Of a DNA stretch of 64,000 nt, positions 57,893 through 64,000 are shown in pieces. This DNA is from Opitutaceae bacterium (GTDB lineage Bacteria; Verrucomicrobiota; Verrucomicrobiia; Opitutales; Coraliomargaritaceae), in the NCBI GenBank assembly GCA_051252375.1, contig JBPOFY010000007.1, positions 64,001 to 128,000 of the forward strand. The letters run 5' to 3'. Within the stretch, counting starts at the first letter, position 1. The number at the start of each line of letters is the position of its first letter. The notes beneath the pieces were generated by a model that did no database searches, was not told the origin of the DNA, and saw only the letters and a program-made list of their open reading frames with translations. The position numbers were made by a program, and so were the translations under genes.

Positions 57893-58372
57893 ATGAATTT
57901 AAAACCCGAAACAATCGAAAAAATCGACAAGCTCGTGCCGCGTTATCCGACGGTAAAGAGTGCCGCGCTGCCGCTTTGCCATTTGGTGCAAGAAGACCAA
58001 GGCTATCTTTCGAATGAGGCTATGGAGTGGATCGCTGAGCGTCTCGACCTGCAGCCGATCAATATCCTCGAGCTTGTGACTTTCTACCCGATGCTCCGCA
58101 CAGAGCCGACAGGTAAACATCATATCCGCGTCTGCCGCACACTGCCTTGCGCATTGGCTGGTGCCTACCAAACCTGCAAGAAGCTGGAAGAAGCATTCAA
58201 TTGTAAGGTAGGACATACTAGTGAAGACGGCTTGGTCACGCTGGAGTTTGTCGAATGCCATGCGGATTGCGGTAAAGCACCCGTCGTCATGGTTGGTGAT
58301 GACGAATATACGAATATCAGCCCGGACGATGCGTCCGCGTTTGCAGAAAAAATTATAAACGGCGAAATCTAG
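57893..58372 (+). CDS. nuoE: NADH-quinone oxidoreductase subunit E
   Basis: VTFYPM, CRTLPC, VECHADCGKAP (N1a cluster). Confidence 0.95.
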   Translation: MNLKPETIEKIDKLVPRYPTVKSAALPLCHLVQEDQGYLSNEAMEWIAERLDLQPINILELVTFYPMLRTEPTGKHHIRVCRTLPCALAGAYQTCKKLEEAFNCKVGHTSEDGLVTLEFVECHADCGKAPVVMVGDDEYTNISPDDASAFAEKIINGEI

Positions 58373-58377
58373 AACTC

Positions 58378-59742
58378 ATGGCGATACAAGAACATAGGCT
58401 TATATTTAAGCACGTTGACGAGCCGGGCTACACCAACGATATCGACTGCTACATCAAGCATGGTGGCTACGAGCAACTGAAGAAGGCTGTCACCATGAAG
58501 CCGGAAGACATCTGCGCTGAAGTCTTGGAGTCCGGTGTCCGTGGTCGTGGTGGTGCGGGTTTCCCTGCTGGCATGAAATGGAAGTTCCTCGACCGCAAGT
58601 CAGGCAAGCCAATCTATCTCGTTTGTAACTGCGACGAGTCAGAACCAGGCACGTTCAAAGACCGCCAAATCGTGCATCAAGACCCGCATCAATTGATCGA
58701 AGGCATGATGTGCTCGGCTTTCGCGATTCAGGCGAAATTAGCTTTTATCTATATCCGTGGTGAGTTTTTCGAAGGTTATAAAATCCTCGAACGTGCAATC
58801 GAAGAAGCCCGCGAGAAAAACCTGCTCGGTGATAACATCCTCGGTTCCGGTTACTCTTGCGACATCATCGTTCACCGTGGTGCAGGTGCTTACATCTGTG
58901 GCGAAGAAACCGGCTTGATCGAATCGATCGAAGGTAATCGCGCCAATCCACGCATTAAGCCTCCGTATTTTCCCGCAGCCTTGGGACTCTATCAATGCCC
59001 AACCATCGTGAACAATGTGGAAACACTTTGTGATGTGAAACACATCATCGAACTAGGCGGTAAAGGCTTTGCCGCAATCGGCACACCTGGCAACACCGGC
59101 ACACGTATTTGGTGCGTTTCCGGACACGTTGAAAAACCAGGCTACTACGAGTTTCCTTGTTCTGCAGTGACTCTCGGGCAATTGATTTACGATGTATGCG
59201 GTGGTCTCAAACCCGGACGCAAACTCAAGGCAGTCATTCCCGGCGGTTCATCTGCTAAGATTCTACGCGCAGACGAGCGTTTCACAGGTAAGCTAAAAGA
59301 CGGCACAGAGTTTGATTGGGGCATTGAAGACATCCCCATGGACTTCGATAGCCTAATGGCTGTCGGTTCGATGTCCGGTTCGGGTGGGGTGATCGTCATG
59401 GATGATTCCACTGACATGGTGGAAGCCCTTGCGAATATTAATTATTTCTACGCCCATGAAAGCTGTGGTCAATGCACGCCTTGCCGTGAAGGTGTGCCCT
59501 GGATGCGTAAGGTGACACAGCGCATGGTCGATGGTGAAGCCCGCGAGGAAGACGCCGATTTACTTAAAAACATCGCCGACCAAATCGCAGGCCGCACAAT
59601 TTGCGCCTTCGGTGAAGCGGCCTCATGGCCGGTGCAAAGTTTTATCGCAAAATTTAAAGATGAGTTTGTCGAGAAAGCTCGCGAACAAGCAGCCCGTCGC
59701 AAGGAAGGCAAAGACGCTGCCACGGAAACCACTTTGATTTAA
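58378..59742 (+). CDS. nuoF: NADH-quinone oxidoreductase subunit F
   Basis: RGRGGAGFPAGMKW, DESEPGTFKDR, GAYICGEETG, ESCGQCTPCREG, TICAFG. Confidence 0.97.
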   Translation: MAIQEHRLIFKHVDEPGYTNDIDCYIKHGGYEQLKKAVTMKPEDICAEVLESGVRGRGGAGFPAGMKWKFLDRKSGKPIYLVCNCDESEPGTFKDRQIVHQDPHQLIEGMMCSAFAIQAKLAFIYIRGEFFEGYKILERAIEEAREKNLLGDNILGSGYSCDIIVHRGAGAYICGEETGLIESIEGNRANPRIKPPYFPAALGLYQCPTIVNNVETLCDVKHIIELGGKGFAAIGTPGNTGTRIWCVSGHVEKPGYYEFPCSAVTLGQLIYDVCGGLKPGRKLKAVIPGGSSAKILRADERFTGKLKDGTEFDWGIEDIPMDFDSLMAVGSMSGSGGVIVMDDSTDMVEALANINYFYAHESCGQCTPCREGVPWMRKVTQRMVDGEAREEDADLLKNIADQIAGRTICAFGEAASWPVQSFIAKFKDEFVEKAREQAARRKEGKDAATETTLI

Positions 59743-59746
59743 GACC

Positions 59747-61471
59747 ATGGAGATCAAAAACATCGTCGAAAATATCACCATCAACATCGATGGACAGGAT
59801 GTAGATGTGCCGAAAGGCACAAATATCATCGAAGCCGTGAAGATGGTGGGCAAGGGCAAGGAAGTGCCGCACTATTGCTACCACCCGAAGCTCAGCATCG
59901 CAGGCAACTGTCGCATGTGCATGGTCGAAATGGGCATGCCGATGCGTGACCGTGCCACTGGCGAAGCCATTCTTGATGATGATGGAACCCAAAAGATCGG
60001 CTGGATGCCAAAACCGACGATTGGTTGCGCAACCAATGCTGCCCCAGGCATGCACATCCGCACAAATTCTGAAATGGTCAAAGAGTCGCGCAACGGTGTG
60101 ACCGAGTTTCTCTTGATCAATCACCCGTTGGATTGCCCGATTTGCGACCAAGCAGGGGAGTGTCGTCTACAAGAATTTTCGGCAGAACATGGTCGTGGTT
60201 ACAGTCGTTTCATTGAAGAGAAGAACGTTAAGCCAAAGCGCACAAAGCTCGGGCCACGTGTTACACTTGATGACGAACGCTGCATTCTTTGTTCTCGTTG
60301 CGTTCGCTTCAGTAAGGAAATCGCCAACGACGACGTGCTCGGTTTCGTAGATCGTGGCACTTACTCAACGCTCACTTGCTATCCCGGCAAAGAGCTGGAG
60401 CACAACTACTCTTTAAACACGGTAGACATCTGCCCGGTTGGTGCACTCACCAGCACGGACTTCCGTTTTAAGATGCGCGTATGGTTCCTCAAGCGCACAC
60501 ATAGTATTTGCACGGAGAGCAGTGTCGGCGCGAATACAGAGATCTGGAGCCGCGAAGGAAAAATTTATCGTGTCACGCCACGTCGTAATGATGCGGTGAA
60601 TGACACTTGGATGACGGATTCCGGTCGTGGAATTTTCAAGACGATCGATGCAGATGATCGTTTAACTCATTACACGATCGACGGTGTCCACAAAACACCT
60701 ACGCAAGCCGCTGTCGCCGCTGCGGAGCTTCTCAAAGCAGGCGATGCCGCATTGATTGGTTCGGCACACAGCTCCGTGGAAGAACAATTTTACTACAAAG
60801 CCATTGCGGATCGCAGTAGTGCGAGAGTTGCACTCGTCAGTCATTACGACAGTGCCGATGGCATTCTCCAATCTGAAGATCGCACACCAAACTTACGCGG
60901 TGCATTGGTCACTGGCTTGATCGATTCACTTCCGGAAGCTGAATTGTCGGCAATTGCCCGCGAGATCAACTCTGGCGCAGTGAAGACATTGTTCGTCGTG
61001 AATGAAGACGTTACTCAATTAGGCATCCCTGCAGACGCCCTGAGTCAGGTGAAAGTCATTTACGTCGGCACGCATGCAAATGAGACGAGTCAAGGTGCAG
61101 CAGTGGTGCTGCCATCGCTTTCGGTCTTTGAAAAGGACGGCACATTCATCAATCAGTCCTTCCGCCTACAACGCTTTAAGGCAGCAGTCCCTGGTCCAAA
61201 CGGAGTGACTTCTGACTTTTCCGTTTTGGAGCAGGTCGCAGCTTCTCTCAACGATGAGAAGCCTGTTGCCATTACAATTGATACAGCTTGGGAATACATC
61301 GCCAAATCAATCAGCCAGTTCGAAGATACTTTACGTTGGCGCAGCATCCCAAATGAAGGTCTCGCGCTAGATGCCACGGCTTTCTTGGATATACCTTTTG
61401 TGGAAACTAAAAACTTAAAGTTTGACCCCGTCGCGTTTAAGGAGACGCATGCAACTCCCGCCGGAGCTTAA
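59747..61471 (+). CDS. nuoG: NADH-quinone oxidoreductase subunit G (short, 574 aa)
   Basis: CYHPKLSIAGNCRMC, HPLDCPICDQAGEC, CILCSRCVRF, CPVGAL. Confidence 0.95.
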   Translation: MEIKNIVENITINIDGQDVDVPKGTNIIEAVKMVGKGKEVPHYCYHPKLSIAGNCRMCMVEMGMPMRDRATGEAILDDDGTQKIGWMPKPTIGCATNAAPGMHIRTNSEMVKESRNGVTEFLLINHPLDCPICDQAGECRLQEFSAEHGRGYSRFIEEKNVKPKRTKLGPRVTLDDERCILCSRCVRFSKEIANDDVLGFVDRGTYSTLTCYPGKELEHNYSLNTVDICPVGALTSTDFRFKMRVWFLKRTHSICTESSVGANTEIWSREGKIYRVTPRRNDAVNDTWMTDSGRGIFKTIDADDRLTHYTIDGVHKTPTQAAVAAAELLKAGDAALIGSAHSSVEEQFYYKAIADRSSARVALVSHYDSADGILQSEDRTPNLRGALVTGLIDSLPEAELSAIAREINSGAVKTLFVVNEDVTQLGIPADALSQVKVIYVGTHANETSQGAAVVLPSLSVFEKDGTFINQSFRLQRFKAAVPGPNGVTSDFSVLEQVAASLNDEKPVAITIDTAWEYIAKSISQFEDTLRWRSIPNEGLALDATAFLDIPFVETKNLKFDPVAFKETHATPAGA

Positions 61472-61485
61472 GCAGACTTTCCAAT

Positions 61486-62589
61486 ATGGACATACTTGCC
61501 ATGCTTCTTCCCATCGCGTTTTCGCTGACCATGATCTCCGTGTTCATGGGGCTGTGCAGTTACTCTGTGCTCGCCGAGCGTAAAGTCTCCAGTTGGATCC
61601 AAGGCCGCGTCGGTCCGAACCGCACGCGTATCCCACTCGTCGGACACATTCCGATCTTGGGCAACTTGCTGACCGGCTTAGGTATCTTTCAACCCGCAGC
61701 CGACGGTCTGAAGTTTCTTTTCAAAGAAGAAATCACACCTGGTCACGTTAAAGTGGGGTATTACTATTTGGCGCCGATCATCGCATTGGCTCCTGCACTG
61801 ACCACGATGGTTGTGCTGCCGTTTGGTCGCTATGTGGATCCTGCCGGAGTAGTGCAGCCACTTGTGTTGGCTAACATCGATGTTGGCATCCTCTTCATTC
61901 TCGGGGTGTCATCACTTGGAGTTTACGGTATCGTTCTGGCCGGCTGGTCTTCGAATAGTAAATACCCATTCCTCGGTGCGATTCGTTCGTCCGCGCAGAT
62001 GATTTCTTACGAGCTTGCGATGGGCTTGGCTATTTTGCCCGTCTTCATGTGGAGCTCGGCACCGGGTTCTGAGTATGGTCTTAGCTTATTCGGAGTCGTC
62101 CAATCGCAGCAGTCACTCTGGTTGATCATTTGGCAGCCACTGTCCGCTTTGATTTTCCTCGTCGCAGTATTTGCGGAAACCAATCGCTTGCCATTCGACA
62201 TGGCGGAATCGGAGACTGACCTCGTTGGTGGTTTCCATACCGAATACGGTTGTTTCAAATTCGGTCTCTTCTTCGTGGCAGAGTATGCTCACGTCATCAT
62301 GGGCTCCGCGCTCTTCGTCTGCCTCTTCTTAGGTGGATGGAATTTCCTACCTGGCATCGCAGATCCATGGGCTGACAACGTTTTCGGCACAGTCCTGTCC
62401 GTGCTCTGGTTCATGAGCAAAGTCTTCTTCATGATCTTCTTCTTTATCTGGGTGCGTTGGACTTTACCGCGTTTCCGCTACGACCAAGTCATGAGCCTTG
62501 GTTGGAAGATCCTTCTTCCACTCGCAATCGGCAACTTGGTGTTCAACACACTGATCATCGCCGCTTACGATCACTTTACCCGCAACTAA
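61486..62589 (+). CDS. nuoH: NADH-quinone oxidoreductase subunit H
   Basis: ERKV...Q.RVGPNR, ADGLKFLFKE, AETNRLPFD, RWTLPRFRYDQ. Confidence 0.97.
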   Translation: MDILAMLLPIAFSLTMISVFMGLCSYSVLAERKVSSWIQGRVGPNRTRIPLVGHIPILGNLLTGLGIFQPAADGLKFLFKEEITPGHVKVGYYYLAPIIALAPALTTMVVLPFGRYVDPAGVVQPLVLANIDVGILFILGVSSLGVYGIVLAGWSSNSKYPFLGAIRSSAQMISYELAMGLAILPVFMWSSAPGSEYGLSLFGVVQSQQSLWLIIWQPLSALIFLVAVFAETNRLPFDMAESETDLVGGFHTEYGCFKFGLFFVAEYAHVIMGSALFVCLFLGGWNFLPGIADPWADNVFGTVLSVLWFMSKVFFMIFFFIWVRWTLPRFRYDQVMSLGWKILLPLAIGNLVFNTLIIAAYDHFTRN

Positions 62590-62590
62590 T

Positions 62591-63142
62591 ATGGCCAAAA
62601 CAAAAGTTCTCGAAAGAAAACCACTGACCTTCGCGGAAAAGACATTCATTCCGCAAATTATTGGCGGTTTGAAGACGACCTTCGGCACGATGCTGAAGAA
62701 GGGCGTGACGCTTCAATACCCAGAAGAGCGCCCGGTCATTCCTAATAACTATCGCGGTGTGCCGACTTTGGTCAAAGATCCCAATGGTCGTGAGAAATGC
62801 GTTTCTTGCCAGCTTTGTGAATTCGTCTGTCCACCCAAAGCGATCCGAATCACTCCAGGTGAAATCGATGCTGAAGCAGAACCAGATCGCGCGCACGTTG
62901 AGAAGGCTCCGAAGGAATTTGATATCAACATGCTGCGGTGTATCTATTGCGGTCTTTGCCAAGAAGTCTGCCCAGAGGAGGCTATTTTCCTACAAGACGT
63001 TTTCTCACTTTCCGGATATAGCCGTGAGGAGATGGTGAACAACAAAGCAAAACTTTATGAGCTTGGGGGCACTTTGCCTGACAAGCATCTTAAATGGGAT
63101 AAAAAGAAAGCAGCCGAGTCCGCCGGCAATGCGCATCATTAA
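62591..63142 (+). CDS. nuoI: NADH-quinone oxidoreductase subunit I
   Basis: TLQYPEE, CVSCQLCEFVCP, CIYCGLCQEVCP. Confidence 0.97.
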   Translation: MAKTKVLERKPLTFAEKTFIPQIIGGLKTTFGTMLKKGVTLQYPEERPVIPNNYRGVPTLVKDPNGREKCVSCQLCEFVCPPKAIRITPGEIDAEAEPDRAHVEKAPKEFDINMLRCIYCGLCQEVCPEEAIFLQDVFSLSGYSREEMVNNKAKLYELGGTLPDKHLKWDKKKAAESAGNAHH

Positions 63143-63150
63143 TTAAGGAT

Positions 63151-63693
63151 ATGTTAGATATACTATTTTACGTTTTTGCCGCGATCGTTTTGGTGTCCGC
63201 CCTGTTAATGGTGGTCAGCCCGAACGCTGTGAACGGTGCGATGTGTATGATCGTTTCTTTCGTCGGCACTGCTGCGCTCTTTGTATTATTGGAAGCCTAC
63301 TTCCTCGCGATCCTTCAAGTGTTGGTATACGCAGGAGCAGTCATGGTTTTGTTCCTCTTCATCATCATGCTTCTGGATGTAGATAAAAGTGAAGGCAACT
63401 ACTTGAAAGATAAGTTAACACTCGGCGCTGCGATCATCGGCTTTGCGCTTGTTGCGATCTTGGTCTGCAGTGCATTTGCGGGTGCTCATCATTTACCTGA
63501 GCCTGGCTTGTTACCGGTTCTCGAAAACCCAACAGGAGAGGGCTTAGGCATCCCGTTTACGACTTCGTCGAAATCCTTCGGCTACAGTTTATTTTCCAAA
63601 TACATGCTGCCTTTCCAAGTGACTGGTTTCCTTCTTCTTGCCGCCATGATTGGCGTCATCGTTGTCTCTAAAAAACACGAAGAGAATTCTTAA
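63151..63693 (+). CDS. nuoJ: NADH-quinone oxidoreductase subunit J
   Basis: QVLVYAGAVMVLFLFIIMLL, PFQVTGFLLLAAMIG. Confidence 0.96.
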   Translation: MLDILFYVFAAIVLVSALLMVVSPNAVNGAMCMIVSFVGTAALFVLLEAYFLAILQVLVYAGAVMVLFLFIIMLLDVDKSEGNYLKDKLTLGAAIIGFALVAILVCSAFAGAHHLPEPGLLPVLENPTGEGLGIPFTTSSKSFGYSLFSKYMLPFQVTGFLLLAAMIGVIVVSKKHEENS

Positions 63694-63714
63694 TTCTTAA
63701 TTCCTATTTCTAAA

Positions 63715-64000
63715 ATGACTGTCGGACTGAATGCCTTTCTCCTTGTTTCCGGATTGCTCTTTGCAATCGGATTGCTCGGGGTGATTCTGCGAAAGAATAC
63801 ACTCGTCATCTACATGTCGTTGGAGCTCATGCTCAACGCGGTGAATCTCGCGCTAGTCGCTTTCTCCCGCTACAACGGAACGATGGACGGTAACCTTTTC
63901 GTCTTTTTTATCATCACGGTGGCAGCTGCGGAAGTTGCAGTGGGCCTTGCCATCATCGTTGCACTTTTCCGTCGCCGTCAATCTGTGATGGTTGATCAAT
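63715..64000 (+). CDS. nuoK: NADH-quinone oxidoreductase subunit K (3' truncated by window edge; not in ORF track)
   Basis: Hand translation from ATG 63715: [28 protein letters not shown]...[11 protein letters not shown]...[15 protein letters not shown]. Confidence 0.95.
   Translation, partial: MTVGLNAFLLVSGLLFAIGLLGVILRKNTLVIYMSLELMLNAVNLALVAFSRYNGTMDGNLFVFFIITVAAAEVAVGLAIIVALFRRRQSVMVDQ

Noticed and set aside
89..63038. Many 60-220 aa ORFs overlapping the long genes on either strand
   Set aside because: They lie within well-supported genes, carry no recognisable motifs and are expected shadow frames.

Overview
Bacterial genomic DNA, probably a marine Verrucomicrobiota (Opitutales, Coraliomargarita/Lentimonas-like). 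The taxon is inferred from gene content, SHD1-domain proteins and AT-rich, mostly SD-less start contexts. 1-29,964 is a co-oriented, mostly signal-peptide-bearing locus for degrading a heavily decorated glycan: eight S1 sulfatase genes, three GH141-like beta-helix/PDZ proteins, GH172, GH97, an O-acetylesterase, an unknown propeller protein and two phosphatases. One gene is an apparent beta-helix::sulfatase chimera with a visible breakpoint near 11,221. 30,015-36,758 holds a XylR-type regulator divergent from an unusual hexuronate operon (kdgK, SDR, uxaC, D-2-hydroxyacid dehydrogenase, Ldh_2). 37,022-39,619 is a head-to-head pair of secreted SHD1-domain peptidases. 39,669-45,757 is a second glycan cluster (ThuA-LamG, sulfatase, GH172, SGNH). 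The rest is core-like: desaturase, tolB, an apparently dead PhoD paralog, a degenerate ECF-sigma-like gene, acyP, a PilH/I/G-like ABC trio, a Cys-less FmdB protein and nuoB-K without nuoA. Intergenic DNA carries three kinds of small repeats: 7-nt-period arrays, GTAG-type REP doublets and CCCCTCC/GGAGGGG palindromes. No rRNA, tRNA, CRISPR array, transposase or prophage gene was recognised. All family calls are by-eye motif recognition; no searches were run.
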